DNA from: an uncultured Actinomycetes bacterium
GTDB taxonomy: Bacteria; Actinomycetota; Thermoleophilia; Gaiellales; JAICJC01
Direction of reading: 5' to 3'
Length of the DNA stretch: 64,000 nucleotides
Assembly (NCBI GenBank): GCA_963731515.1
Contig: CAVSVU010000017.1
Location: 541,164 to 605,163 of the forward strand
In this document: in pieces, positions 15,580 to 26,366 of the stretch
Numbering within the stretch: the stretch's first letter is position 1
Layout: the number at the start of each line of letters is the position of its first letter
Notes under the pieces: model-generated
What the model saw: the letters and a program-made list of their open reading frames with translations, nothing else
What the model was told of the DNA's origin: nothing
The model's database searches: none
Position numbers and translations under genes: made by a program

Positions 15580-16334
15580 CGATGCGCCCCGGCGAGGGGG
15601 GCGGCGGGCAGCGCGTCGAGCATCGCAGCGATGTCGGAGCCGTCGTGGCGCATGCGCAGGTCGAAGTAGAGCAGGGCCATCAGCAGGGCGGCGACGGGGG
15701 CCACCAGCACGCGCGCCGTGATCGTCAGCGCGTCGCCGACCGCGGTCGTCGCCGCGACGTGGAGGCCGAACTGGCTCGCCGCCGCGGTCGGGGCGGCGGC
15801 GAGCACGCCCGTGGCGACACCGGTGATCATCGTGCCGAGGATCAGGTAGCCGAGCACGCGCCAGTACGAGCCCTGGACGAGGGTCCGGCTGCGGCCCATG
15901 GCCGCGAAGAACGTGCGCCGCTCGGCGACCACCACCTGGCCGACGAGCTGGAACCACACGATCAGGAGCAGGAACGGGACGAACAAGAGGACGATCGAGA
16001 GCCCGGCGAGCAGGTAGGCGAGCCCGACCGAGAGCACCAGCCCGCCCAGCATCGGCGCCAGTCGCCGCCACACGGTTGTCACGGTCGGGTCGACGCCGGT
16101 GCGCACGTCCGTGACGATCAGCGTCGCCACGCCCGGGTTCACGCCCGCCAGCACCGCGGTCTGCAGGAACACGCCGATCAGCCCCCACGGCCGCGGCGCC
16201 AGGCTGAGCAGCCCGAGCGGCACGACGGCGACGGCCATCGCCACCGCCAGGGAGACGAAGTGCCGGCGGTAGATCAGGAGGGCGAGGTCGAGCGCACGGC
16301 CGATGTCCAGAGGGCGCTGTGGCGGCATGCTCAT
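15576..16334 (-). CDS. polytopic membrane protein (252 aa)
   Basis: MSMPPQRPLDIGRALDLALLIYRRHF... followed by about 6 hydrophobic spans. ATGA overlap with the RDD gene stop (16331-16334). Confidence 0.65.
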   Translation of the reverse strand: MSMPPQRPLDIGRALDLALLIYRRHFVSLAVAMAVAVVPLGLLSLAPRPWGLIGVFLQTAVLAGVNPGVATLIVTDVRTGVDPTVTTVWRRLAPMLGGLVLSVGLAYLLAGLSIVLLFVPFLLLIVWFQLVGQVVVAERRTFFAAMGRSRTLVQGSYWRVLGYLILGTMITGVATGVLAAAPTAAASQFGLHVAATTAVGDALTITARVLVAPVAALLMALLYFDLRMRHDGSDIAAMLDALPAAPLAGAHR

Positions 16335-17050
16335 CCCCTGGCCTGCCCCGGCAGCGTCTGGGTCGCCGCGCGGATGACGTACTCCTCCTCGCCCATCCCC
16401 TGGGGGCGCGGCCAGAACGGCTCGATCCGCTCGCAGATCCGTGCGGCGAGCGCCGCGCGCGGCTCCGGGTCGATCTGCCCGGCCCGGCGGCGATAGGCGA
16501 CCGCCACGGCCATGAGTTCGGCCGGGATCGGGTCGCGCTCGGCGTCGGCGACGGCGGCGGTGAACGTGCCCGCGAACCCCGCGGCCGCGTCGCCCTCGGC
16601 GAGGCGGACGACGATCGTGCCGGCGGCCATGTCGCCCAGGCGGCGGCAGTCCCGCGACACCATCGCGCAGATCCCGCCGACGACGTAGCCGACCGGCAGG
16701 AAGTCGATGATCCGGACCAGGTTGCGCACGGCCGACTCCTGCAGGGCCACGGGCTCGCCGGTCGCGCAGATGACGCGCAGCCGCAGGGCGGCCTTGCCGG
16801 GCGTCGACCCGCGCCGCAGCCACTCGAGCAGCAGGAAGTAGCCGACCGGCGTGAGCGTCGCCCCGCCGATGGCCACCGCGATCGCGATCGGCCCCGAGAC
16901 GGCGCCGGCCGCGGTGAAGAGCCCGAACAGGATGCCGAACACGATCAGCGCGTCGATCGCCTGCGCCAGCATGCGGCTGCCGACCCCCGCCAGCTCGTAG
17001 GCGACGGTCACGCGCTCGGGGGTGGAGATCTCGATCCGGTGGTCCAGCAT
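16331..17050 (-). CDS. RDD family membrane protein
   Basis: 239-aa ORF. The RMLAQAIDALIV...GSTPGKAALRLRV...AVRNLVRIIDFLP layout is typical of RDD domains. Confidence 0.7.
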   Translation of the reverse strand: MLDHRIEISTPERVTVAYELAGVGSRMLAQAIDALIVFGILFGLFTAAGAVSGPIAIAVAIGGATLTPVGYFLLLEWLRRGSTPGKAALRLRVICATGEPVALQESAVRNLVRIIDFLPVGYVVGGICAMVSRDCRRLGDMAAGTIVVRLAEGDAAAGFAGTFTAAVADAERDPIPAELMAVAVAYRRRAGQIDPEPRAALAARICERIEPFWPRPQGMGEEEYVIRAATQTLPGQARG

Positions 17051-17081
17051 CGCCCTTGGCGTCCGATACCCTCGAGTGACG

Positions 17082-18077
17082 ATGGTCTCGAACCCTCGAG
17101 CGATGATATCGGCGGATTCCGGGCGAACCTGGACCGCGACGCGCGCGCCGCTCTGGGATGAGCTCGCCGGCCTGGTCGCACGCGCGGGCCGCGACCAGCG
17201 CTCCCTCTCGGCCGACGAGGTGGGGCTGCTCGCCCGCCGCTACCAGCAGGCGGCCGCCGACCTGGCCCGGTTGCGGGCGGAGCAGCCGGGGTCGCCGGTG
17301 CTGCCGCGGCTGAACGATCTCGTCGCCCGGGCGCATGCCGTGCTCTACCGGCCGGCGCGGGCACCGCTGCGCGCGGTCGCCCGGTTCCTGTGGATCGGGT
17401 ACCCCCGGGCGGTCTGGGACCTGCGCCGGCTCATCCTCGCGGCGGCGCTCTTCCAGATCGTGATCGCGGTCGGCGGGTTCCTGTGGGCGGTGGCCGACCC
17501 GGCCACGGCGGGCAGCTTCCTGCCGCCCGACCTGCGCGACGCCGGCCACCGCGCCCACCACGCCATCCCCGCGGGCGTGATGGTGCCGACGTCGGTGGCG
17601 ATCTGGTCGCACAACATCGTCGTCAGCTTCTTCGACTACGCCGGCGGCATCCTGTTCGGGGTGGGCACGATCTACAGCCTCTACGTCAACTCGATGCTTC
17701 TCGGCGTGCTCTCGGGGGTCGAGAACCAGCACGGCGCGAACGGCCTCTACTGGTCGCTGATCGTGCCCCACGGCGTGATCGAGCTGACCGCGTTCACGAT
17801 CGCGGCCGCCGCGGGGCTCTCGCTCGCCGACGCGCTCGTCCGCGCCCGCCCGCGTCCGCGCGCGCAGGTGCTGCGGGAGCACGGCCGCCGCTCGGTGGCG
17901 GTCGTCCTGGGGACGATCCCCCTGCTCGTCGTCGCGGGGACGATCGAAGGCTTCGTGACCCCGTCGTCTGCCTCGATCCCGGTCAAGCTCGCGGTGGCGC
18001 CCATCTCGGGGGCGCTGCTCGCCGTCTACCTGCTGCGGGGCCGCCCGGTGGCTGCGGATAGCCGATTCGGCAAGTAG
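17082..18077 (+). CDS. SpoIIM-like (DUF95) membrane protein
   Basis: WDELAGLVARAG...RRYQQAAADLARLR then IWSHNIVVSFFDYAGGILFGVGTIY...PHGVIELTAFTIAAAAG is characteristic of stage II sporulation protein M family. Start is ATG 17082 or 17103. Confidence 0.7.
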   Translation: MVSNPRAMISADSGRTWTATRAPLWDELAGLVARAGRDQRSLSADEVGLLARRYQQAAADLARLRAEQPGSPVLPRLNDLVARAHAVLYRPARAPLRAVARFLWIGYPRAVWDLRRLILAAALFQIVIAVGGFLWAVADPATAGSFLPPDLRDAGHRAHHAIPAGVMVPTSVAIWSHNIVVSFFDYAGGILFGVGTIYSLYVNSMLLGVLSGVENQHGANGLYWSLIVPHGVIELTAFTIAAAAGLSLADALVRARPRPRAQVLREHGRRSVAVVLGTIPLLVVAGTIEGFVTPSSASIPVKLAVAPISGALLAVYLLRGRPVAADSRFGK

Positions 18078-18080
18078 AAT
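18075..18080 (+). promoter_or_regulatory. -10 box TAGAAT upstream of corA
   Basis: AGTAGAAT lies 39 nt upstream of ATG 18119 and overlaps the preceding stop codon. Confidence 0.3.
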
Positions 18081-18118
18081 GGCCGACGTGGATGCCCTGC
18101 CCGCGATCGTGAGCTGCG

Positions 18119-19113
18119 ATGCCGAACCTGCCCCGGATCCCGAGGACAGTACGGCGGCGAGACCGCGCGCCTCAGCGCCCGGCGGAGCGTTCCGAGCCGC
18201 AGGTTGCTGAGATTGCGGCCGCCGGCCTGCGCTGGCTGAACATCGAGGCGCCGACCGCCGTCGAGACGGCGTGGCTCGCCCAGCACTTCGACTTCCACGA
18301 GCTCGACCTCGAGGACGTGCTCTCGACCCGGCAGCGGCCCAAGATCGACGAGTACGAGGAGTACCTGTTCATCGTGCTCCACGTCCCCTACTTCAACAAG
18401 GTGCGCGGCCGCCTCGACGCCGCCGAGCTGAACGTGTTCGTCGGCAGTGGCTTCGTGGTCACGCTCCCGAACGTCGCCCTGAAGCCGGTCGGCCGGCTGT
18501 TCACGCAGCTCGAGGCCAACAGCGAGCGGCGCGAGCAGTACTTCTCGAAGGGCTCGGGATACGTGCTCTACGAGATCCTCTCCGAGCTGTTCGACTACTG
18601 CTTCCCGATCCTCGACAAGATCGGGTTCAAGCTCGACCGCCTGACCGAGGCGATCTTCACCGAGCGCCGCTCCGAGGAGGTCGTGCGCGACATCTCCGAC
18701 GTGAAGCAGGAGATCGTCGCCTACCGCAAGGTCATCAAGCCGGAGCGCTCGACCCTGCGCCTGCTCGAGCGGTCGCGCACGCGCTACCTGCCGGAGGACC
18801 TCGAGGTCTACTTCGACGACATCGTGGACAAGGCGGAGCGGATCTGGGACCAGCTCGACAACTACAAGGAGGTCGTCGAGGCGCTCGAGACGACCAACGA
18901 GTCGGTCATCGCGCACAAGCAGAACGACATCCTGCGGATCCTGACGATCTTCTCGGTGATCCTGCTGCCGCTGACCCTGATCACCGGCGTCTTCGGGATG
19001 AACTTCGGCCACATCCCGTTCAGCCAGGAGTACCACGGGTTCGTGATCACGGTGGCGATCATGCTCACCGGTGCGACCTGCCTGCTCGCGTACTTCCACT
19101 GGAAGCGCTGGAT

Positions 19114-19117
<4 letters not shown>
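18119..19117 (+). CDS. corA: magnesium/cobalt transporter CorA
   Basis: 332-aa ORF ending with two TM helices and the GMN motif (ITGVFGMNFGHIPF). Confidence 0.9.
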
Positions 19118-19596
<479 letters not shown>

Positions 19597-19603
19597 TCCG
19601 ACG

Positions 19604-19634
19604 GGTGCCTGGCACCGTCCCGGTGCCAGGCACC
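19604..19634. terminator. 13-bp perfect hairpin between convergent genes (GGTGCCTGGCACC-GTCCC-GGTGCCAGGCACC)
   Basis: Perfect inverted repeat with a 5-nt loop in the 40-nt gap between the HIT stop (19596) and the GNAT stop (19637). No U-tract, as is common in high-GC genomes. Confidence 0.55.
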
Positions 19635-19636
19635 GG

Positions 19637-20171
19637 TCACGGATCCCCTACCGGCTCCTCCACGGTGCGGGCGAACAGCAGGTGGTCGCGCCAGGCGCCG
19701 TTGATGTAGAGGTAGTCCGGGGAGCGGCCGATCTCGAGGAAGCCGTTCCGGCGCAGCGCGAGCTGGGAGCCGATGTTGTCCACCAGCGTGGCCGCCTCCA
19801 GCCGGTGCAGCCCCGCCGTGCCGAACCCCCACTCGCACACGAGGCCGATGGCGGCGGTCGCCACGCCGCGGCCGTTCAGCTCGCCGCACCACCCAGTAGC
19901 CGAGGCCGCCGTTCTGGAACGGCCCGCGGGTGATGCGCGACACCGAGATCGCGCCGGCGGGCTCGCCGTCGGCCTCGATCAGGAACCGGTAGAGGCGGTC
20001 GTTCGCCCGCTCCCGCTCGAGCAGGTCGAGCTCGAGCCGCTGGCCGTCGATCGTGTAGAACGAGTCCGGCCGGGGCGGGTCGAACGGCGCCAGGAAGGCC
20101 CGCTGGCCCGCGTAGAGCCGCGCCAGGAGGGCTGCGTCGCCGGCCTCGAGCGGTCGCAGCCTGACGTCCAT
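19637..20171 (-). CDS. GNAT N-acetyltransferase (RimJ/RimL-like), +1 frame break near 19890
   Basis: N-part MDVRLRPLEAGDAALLARLY...NGGLGYWV and C-part (C)GELNGRGVATAAIGLVCEWGF...LHRLEAATLVDNIGSQLALRRNGF lie in adjacent frames. Span is 535 nt (1 mod 3). Confidence 0.75.
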
Positions 20172-20198
20172 CTGGCCAGTATCGCGGATGGGGGCCGT

Positions 20199-20204
20199 TA
20201 GACT
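20199..20204 (+). promoter_or_regulatory. -10 box TAGACT, 9 nt upstream of the ATG at 20214 (short-leader or leaderless arrangement)
   Basis: GTTAGACT-N9-ATG. Compare GTAGAAT-N9-ATG at 39053-39071. Confidence 0.35.
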
Positions 20205-20213
20205 GCCCGCCCG

Positions 20214-21561
20214 ATGCTCTCGCCCGCCGCCTTCAAGGCCTACGACGTGCGCGGCATCGTGCCGGACGAGCTCGATGCCGACGGCTGCTATGCCCTCGCG
20301 CGCGGCTACGTGAGCGCGTTCGAGCCGCGCGTCATGGCGATCGGGCACGACATGCGGCTCTCCTCGCCCGACCTCGCGGCGGCGGCCCGGCGCGGTGCGT
20401 CCGACGCCGGAGCGGACGTCGTCGACCTGGGTCAGATCGGCACCGAGATGCTCTACTTCGCCGTCGGCGAGTACGGCTACGAGGGCGGGCTCCAGGTGAC
20501 CGCCTCGCACAACCCGGCCGCCTACAACGGGATGAAGATCGTCCGCCGCGGCGCCCTGCCGGTCGGGTCGGACACCGGCCTCGACAAGATCAAGCAGGCG
20601 GCGCTCGGCCCGCTCGACCAGCCCGCCGCCACTCCCGGCCAGGTCACCGAGCGCGACGTCTACGAGGGGTTCCACGACCGCGTCGCCGGCTTCGTGGACG
20701 CGTCCGCCGTCCGGCCGCTGCGGATCGTGCTCGACGGCTGCAGCGGCATGGCCGGGCCGATGATCGCGCCCGTTCTCGACCGGCTGCCCGTGCACGTCTC
20801 GGCGTACAACTTCGAGCCGGACGGCCACTTCCCGATGCACGAGCCGAACCCGCTGCTCGAGGAGAACCGCCGCTTCGTCATCGAGCGCGTCCGGGCCGAG
20901 GGCGCCGACCTCGGCATCGCCTGGGACGGCGACGCCGACCGCTGCTTCTTCATCGACGACACGGGCGAGTTCGTGCCCGGCGACCTGATCACCGCGCTGA
21001 TCGCCCAGACGATGCTCGAGCGGCATCCGGGCGCGACGATCGTCTACGACCTGCGGGCCTCGTGGGCCGTTCGCGACGTCGTCCGCGAGGGCGGCGGCAC
21101 CGCGCTCGAGAACCGGGTCGGCCACGCGTTCATCAAGGCCCGCATCCGCAAGGAGGACGCGGTCTTCGCCGGCGAGGTCTCGGGCCACTACTACTTCCGC
21201 GACTTCTACTACTGCGACACCGGCGTCGTGCCCGGCGCTCGTCATGCTCGAGATCGTGTCGCGATCGGGCCGGTCGCTCTCGGAGCTCCTGCGCCCCTTC
21301 CGCGAGCGCTACTTCATCTCCGGCGAGATCAACTCCACCGTCTCCGACGTGCCGGTCAAGCTGCAGCAGCTGAAGGAGCGCTACGGCCCCGAAGCCGAGC
21401 GCGTGTCGCACCTGGACGGGATCTCGTTCGAGTTCGCCGACTGGCACTTCAACGTGCGCCCCTCGAACACCGAGCCGCTGCTGCGCCTGAACCTCGAGGC
21501 GCTCGACGCCGCCACGATGGAGCGCCGCCGCGACGAGGTGCTCGACCTGATCCAGGCCTGA
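20214..21561 (+). CDS. phosphomannomutase/phosphoglucomutase, +1 frame break near 21232
   Basis: AYDVRG, the active-site block TASHNPAAYNGMK, GIAWDGDADRC and GEVSGHYYF are present. The C-terminal PALVMLEIVS...RPSNTEPLLRLNLE lies in the next frame after the CCC run. Span is 1348 nt (1 mod 3). Confidence 0.9.
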
Positions 21562-21565
21562 CACT

Positions 21566-22006
21566 ATGCCGGCCGCCGATCACCCGCCGTATCGCTTCGC
21601 CCACTGCATCCGGGTCGGGTTCGACGAGACCGACGCACAGGGCGTCGTCTACTACGGCCGCTACATGCCCTACTTCGACCGCGCCCGGGTCGAGTACCTG
21701 CGCCGCCTGGGCCGGCTCACGCACGTGCCCGGCGAGCCCGAGTTCGTGATGCGGGCCCAGCACGTCGAGTACCACGCCCCCGCCCGCTTCGACGACGAGG
21801 TGGAGGTGTTCGTGCGCGTGGAGCGGCTCGGCCGCACCAGCGTCACCTGGGCGTTCGACGCCCACCGGGCCGACACGGGCGAGCACCTGGCGAGCGCGAC
21901 CCAGGTGGTCGTGTCGATCGACCCGGCCGACCGCCGGCCGGTCGGGATCTCGCCCGCGTTCCGCGACTCCGTCGCGCGCTTCGAGGAGCACGAGGTCGAG
22001 GCGTGA
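21566..22006 (+). CDS. acyl-CoA thioesterase (4HBT/YbgC-like hotdog fold)
   Basis: 146 aa. RVGFDETDAQGVVYYGRYMPYFDRARVEYLR is the typical 4HBT N-terminal motif. Confidence 0.8.
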   Translation: MPAADHPPYRFAHCIRVGFDETDAQGVVYYGRYMPYFDRARVEYLRRLGRLTHVPGEPEFVMRAQHVEYHAPARFDDEVEVFVRVERLGRTSVTWAFDAHRADTGEHLASATQVVVSIDPADRRPVGISPAFRDSVARFEEHEVEA

Positions 22007-22521
22007 GCCCGTCTGCCGCCGACTACGAGGCGGTCGCCGCCGAGATCGAGGGGCTGGCGGGCGCCGAGGAGGACTCCGACGCGATCGTGCGCGGCGCCGT
22101 CGAGGCCATCCACGACCGGCTCGACACCTACTCGTGGGTCGGCATCTACTTCGTCGAGGGCGAGGAGCTCGCCCTCGGGCCGTGGAAGGGGCCGAGCGCG
22201 ACCGACCACGTGCGCATCCCCATCGGCCAGGGGGTGTGCGGCGCCGCCGCCGCGAGCGGCGTGACCGAGATCGTCGACGACGTGAACGCCGACCCGCGCT
22301 ATCTGGCCTGCTTCCCGTCCACCCGCTCCGAGATCGTCGTGCCCGTCCTCTACGAGGGCACGGTCGTGGCCGAGATCGACGTCGACTCGGACGCGCCGGC
22401 GGCGTTCGGCGACGCCGATCGCGCGTTCCTGGAGCGGGTCGCGACCGCCATCTCGGCCGCCTGTCTGGTGGGCTGGGACACCGGCGGGATGGATTGGGAC
22501 GCGCCCGAGAATTGGGCGTGA
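22003..22521 (+). CDS. GAF domain protein (free-Met-R-sulfoxide reductase-like)
   Basis: 172 aa. YSWVGIYFVEGEELALGPWKG...GQGVCGAAAASG...ACFPSTRSEIVVPV fits the small GAF/MsrC family. GTGA overlap with the thioesterase stop. Confidence 0.7.
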   Translation: MSPSAADYEAVAAEIEGLAGAEEDSDAIVRGAVEAIHDRLDTYSWVGIYFVEGEELALGPWKGPSATDHVRIPIGQGVCGAAAASGVTEIVDDVNADPRYLACFPSTRSEIVVPVLYEGTVVAEIDVDSDAPAAFGDADRAFLERVATAISAACLVGWDTGGMDWDAPENWA

Positions 22522-22617
22522 CCGACCTCGCTTGAGGCCCGTCCGCGGGCCGTGGTATACCTGCCCGGTATCAGCACGGGTCACGGGTGCCCGCGCGCAT
22601 GAGGGGAGATGTGAGAC

Positions 22618-24345
22618 ATGGCGGAAATGGCCGAGTCCGGGAGCGGAAGGCGGCTCTTCGTCCGGCAGTCGTCGGGCCTTGTCCGTGACGTCAGCGTCAC
22701 GAACGCCCTGTTCTTCAACGTCGCCGCGTTCGTCGGCGTCGGGCTGACCCTCTATCCGGCTTTCTACTCGCTGGCATTCGTCGAGGTGTGGCGCATCGGG
22801 CCGTTCTCGGAGTACGGCGTGGCCGCGATCATCACGGGCATCTTCTGCATCTTCCTGGCCCTGATCTTCGCGTCGCTCACGTCGGTGATGCCCCGCTCCG
22901 GCGGCGACTACGTCTTCACGACCCGCATCGTCGGGCCGTTCCTGGGCTGGCTCGAGTCGTGGACGCTCGTGATCGCCTCGATCGCGATCATGGCGTTCGA
23001 GGTCCCGCTCGTCCTGCGCAACCTGCAGATCACCGGCCGGATCATCGGCATCGGCGCCGGCGGCCACTTCTTCAAGAACGCGAACACCTGGTTCACGAAC
23101 TCGAGCGGCGCGATCACCGGCTGGAACGGCCTGATCTGGTCGCTCGTCGTGCTCGCGGTCATCGCCGGCATCGTGCTCCTGCCGACGCGCCGGTTCCACA
23201 AGGTCGTCACCATGATGGCGGCGATCGGCGTCGCCAGCTTCGTGCTCATGTTCGTGTTCGGGCTGCTCGCCACGAGCCACTCCGACTTCCAGCACAACCT
23301 GCCGCAGTACACCAACGGCGTGACGGCGCAGAAGATCGCGGCGTCCGGCAGCTCGATCCTGCCGGGCTACACGAACGACTTCTGGGGCGACATCTTCTCG
23401 CGGACGGTCTTCCCGTTCATGCTCGGGATCGTGTTCCTGCAGTTCATCGGCTTCCAGTACTCGGCGTACATCGCCGGCGAGGTGCGCGGGAACGTGAAGC
23501 GCGGCGTCTCGGTCGCCCTGCTCGGCGCGCTCCTGATCGGCGTCATCGCGAACTCGCTCTACGTCGACCTCTTCTCCAACCACATCGGCTTCAACACGAC
23601 GACGAGCTGGGGCTACACGTACTGGGGCGGCATCACGAACATCGCCCTGCCGCTGGGCCAGCCGCCGTCGATGCCGCTCCTGGCGGTGATCGCGAACAAG
23701 ACGCTGTGGCCGCTCTGGGCGCTGATCAGCCTGGCGGGGGCGATGTTCCCGCTGCTGCTGTGCCCCGTCTATGTGAACTTCATCAGCCGGATGGGCCTCG
23801 CCTGGAGCCTCGACCGCCAGCTGCCCGAGTGGTTCGGCGTCGTGAACGAGCGCATGGCCGCCCCGCTGAACGCCATCCTGGCGACGCTCGGGCTGACCGG
23901 CGTGTTCCTGTGGTGGCAGAACTTCGCCGTCCTGCCCAGCTCGATCGCGCCGCCGGACGGCAAGCTGAACCTGGTGGCGACGCTCTGGTTCTCGATCTTC
24001 ATGGCCGCCCTGACCTGGATCATGCCGGGGGTGAACGCCATCCTGATCCGTTTCCGCAGACCCGACCTGGTGCGAAACGCGCCGTTCCGGAGATGGCTGC
24101 CGTGGCTGGGCGTGGCCTGGATCGTGTTCCCGATCTGGATCTACTGGCTCGCCGCGATCAAGCCGATCTGGGAGAACCTCACGAACAGCGGCACCGGCCG
24201 GCTGGACTACCTGAACAACAGCGGCATCACGGGCGCGCTCGTGTTCACCGCGGCCGGGCTGGTGATCTGGGCGATCATGAAGCTCGTCCAGCGCAGCAAG
24301 GGGATCGACACCAGCATGCTCTTCGCCGAGATCCCACCCGACTAG
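22618..24345 (+). CDS. APC superfamily amino acid/polyamine permease
   Basis: 575 aa with about 12-14 hydrophobic helices. N-terminal SVMPRSGGDYVF matches the APC signature region. A GAGGGGAG RBS precedes the start. Confidence 0.75.
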   Translation: MAEMAESGSGRRLFVRQSSGLVRDVSVTNALFFNVAAFVGVGLTLYPAFYSLAFVEVWRIGPFSEYGVAAIITGIFCIFLALIFASLTSVMPRSGGDYVFTTRIVGPFLGWLESWTLVIASIAIMAFEVPLVLRNLQITGRIIGIGAGGHFFKNANTWFTNSSGAITGWNGLIWSLVVLAVIAGIVLLPTRRFHKVVTMMAAIGVASFVLMFVFGLLATSHSDFQHNLPQYTNGVTAQKIAASGSSILPGYTNDFWGDIFSRTVFPFMLGIVFLQFIGFQYSAYIAGEVRGNVKRGVSVALLGALLIGVIANSLYVDLFSNHIGFNTTTSWGYTYWGGITNIALPLGQPPSMPLLAVIANKTLWPLWALISLAGAMFPLLLCPVYVNFISRMGLAWSLDRQLPEWFGVVNERMAAPLNAILATLGLTGVFLWWQNFAVLPSSIAPPDGKLNLVATLWFSIFMAALTWIMPGVNAILIRFRRPDLVRNAPFRRWLPWLGVAWIVFPIWIYWLAAIKPIWENLTNSGTGRLDYLNNSGITGALVFTAAGLVIWAIMKLVQRSKGIDTSMLFAEIPPD

Positions 24346-24354
24346 GCCGAGAGC

Positions 24355-25318
24355 ATGGCGAAGTCTGTCCGCATCTACCTCGCGAGCGACTTCCACGCCG
24401 CCGAGAAGGCGTGGCGGAAGTTCCTGAACGCGATCAAGCTGAACGTCTACAAGGCGGACATCGCGCTCGTCGCCGGCGACTTCACCGGCAAGGCGATCGT
24501 CCCGATCGTCGAGAACGGCGGCGCCTACTCGGCCGAGCTCTTCGGCGTCCAGCGCCGGGCGGGCTCGGCCGAGGAGCTCGCCACGCTCGAGCGCGACATC
24601 GCCGACGTCGGCTACTACTCGGTGGTCTCGAGCGCGAGAGGAGACCGACCGGCTGGCCTCCGACCCGGCGGCCCGCGACGAGCTGCTGCACCGGCTGATG
24701 AACGAGCGCATGGAGCAGTGGATGGCGCTCGCGACCGAACGCCTCGGCGACGGCAAGGTGCCGCTGTTCGTGATCCCCGGGAACGACGACGACTTCGGCA
24801 TCGACCCGATCATCGACAACGACGCCTACTTCCCGCAGAACGCCGACGGGCGGGTGCTCGACATGCCCGGCGACCTGCAGCTGCTGGCCTACGGCTGGTC
24901 GAACAACACCCCCTGGGACACGCCCCGCGAGGTGACCGAGGACGAGCTCTTCGAGCGGCTGGACGCGCTCGCGGCCCAGGTGCGCGACCCGCGCCGGTCG
25001 GTGTTCATGATCCACGTCCCGCCCCACGACTCCGGGCTCGACACCGCCCCGCTCCTCGACGCGAACCTGCGCCCGACCGTCTCGGCGGGCGACGTCCTGC
25101 GCGGCCCGGTCGGCTCGACCGCCGTGCGGCGGGTGATCGAGAAGTACCAGCCGCTGCTCGGCGTCCACGGCCACATCCACGAGTCCGGCGGCGAGCGCCA
25201 CATCGGCCAGACGCTCTGCATCAACCCGGGCAGCGAGGCCAACCACGGCATCCTGCGCGGCTACCTGATCGACATCGGCCCCAAGGGGATCGAGCGCGCG
25301 CTGCGCGTCGAGGGCTGA
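24355..25318 (+). CDS. metallophosphoesterase (calcineurin-like), +1 frame break near 24636
   Basis: N-part IYLASDFHA...LVAGDFTGK and C-part VIPGNDDD...MIHVPP...VHGHIHESGG lie in adjacent frames. Span is 964 nt (1 mod 3). Confidence 0.8.
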
Positions 25319-25320
25319 CG

Positions 25321-25336
25321 CGGGCGCGCGCGCCCG
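25321..25336. terminator. 16-nt perfect GC palindrome CGGGCGCGCGCGCCCG between convergent genes
   Basis: Lies in the 30-nt gap between stop 25318 (+) and stop 25349 (-). Confidence 0.35.
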
Positions 25337-25348
25337 ATCCCTGAGGTC

Positions 25349-26341
25349 TCAGAAGCCGAAGGCGGAGCGCATCCCCTTCGTGGCCGCATCGCGGGCGTGA
25401 CCGACGAAGGTCTTGATCCCGAGCATCCGCTCCGTCGTCTGCAGCAGCGAGTAGTGGTCGAAGTACACCGAGCTGCGCTTGCCCCTGCTGATGTAGGGCG
25501 AGAGCAGGACGGTGGCCACGTGGCAGCCGATGTCGCCGCGGTTGGGCGCGGCCTGGCAGTCTTCGCCGACTCCGCCTCCGCCGCCCGAGCCCTCGTCGAA
25601 CGTGATGAGGATCGCGGTGTGGCCGGTGCGGTAGCCGCGCGTGCGCAGGAGCTTGGGGATCCACGTCCGCAGCCAGGTGTCGCCGGTCGTGATCGCGTTG
25701 GTGCCGCTGACGCAGGCGATCTCCATGTCCTTGCACTGGTCGGGCGCGATGAACGCGTAGGTCGGCAGCCCCCGGCCGCCGATGTCGTGCCGCAGGCCGT
25801 TCAGGTTCGTGTCCCAGCGCTGGCAGTCCGCGGCGAGGCCCGTGTACGCGACGCCCGGGTTGTGCTGCGGCTTGTACGGGAACGACGAGCGCCGCAGGCA
25901 GTTCGAGGGCATCGAGCCCTGGTAGACCCGCCACGTCCCGCCGGCGTTGCGCACCTGCTGGAAGATGTTCGGGGCGGTGACGTTCGTCGCGTCGGTCGCG
26001 ACCCCGCCCGCGACCGCCATGTAGTTGGGATGGCTCGGGTGGGTGGCGCTGTGGTAGTTCGTCGCCAGGCCGCACACCGTCGCCAGGTGGTTCAGATACG
26101 GCGCCGCCTGCCGTGCGGCCGAGCCGGAGCCGCCGATCACGTCCGGCAGGCTCTTGTTCTCGTCCATGACCACGATCACGTGCGTGTACCTCGCCGGCGC
26201 GGCGCCGGCGCGCGTCCCGCACGGCACGGGCGTCGTCACGGCGCCGGCCGTCGCGCTCGCTCCGAGGAGCGCGATCCCCGCCAGCACGAGTGCCGCCGCC
26301 GCTCGCGGCATGAAGGCACCGCTCATCGTCCCACCTCGCAT
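25349..26341 (-). CDS. secreted phosphoesterase family protein (acid phosphatase/phospholipase C-like)
   Basis: Signal peptide, then HVIVVMDENKSL...HPSHPNYMAV...TFDEG, the phosphoesterase-family motifs. Confidence 0.7.
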   Translation of the reverse strand: MRGGTMSGAFMPRAAAALVLAGIALLGASATAGAVTTPVPCGTRAGAAPARYTHVIVVMDENKSLPDVIGGSGSAARQAAPYLNHLATVCGLATNYHSATHPSHPNYMAVAGGVATDATNVTAPNIFQQVRNAGGTWRVYQGSMPSNCLRRSSFPYKPQHNPGVAYTGLAADCQRWDTNLNGLRHDIGGRGLPTYAFIAPDQCKDMEIACVSGTNAITTGDTWLRTWIPKLLRTRGYRTGHTAILITFDEGSGGGGGVGEDCQAAPNRGDIGCHVATVLLSPYISRGKRSSVYFDHYSLLQTTERMLGIKTFVGHARDAATKGMRSAFGF

Positions 26342-26366
26342 GTGAGCCCCCTTCGGCGTTTTCAGG

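Noticed and set aside
21670-24819. 1049-aa minus-strand ORF
   Set aside because: It is antisense to the thioesterase, GAF, APC permease and phosphoesterase genes, which have clear family motifs. Its composition is dominated by R, D, P, G and E repeats with no domain pattern.
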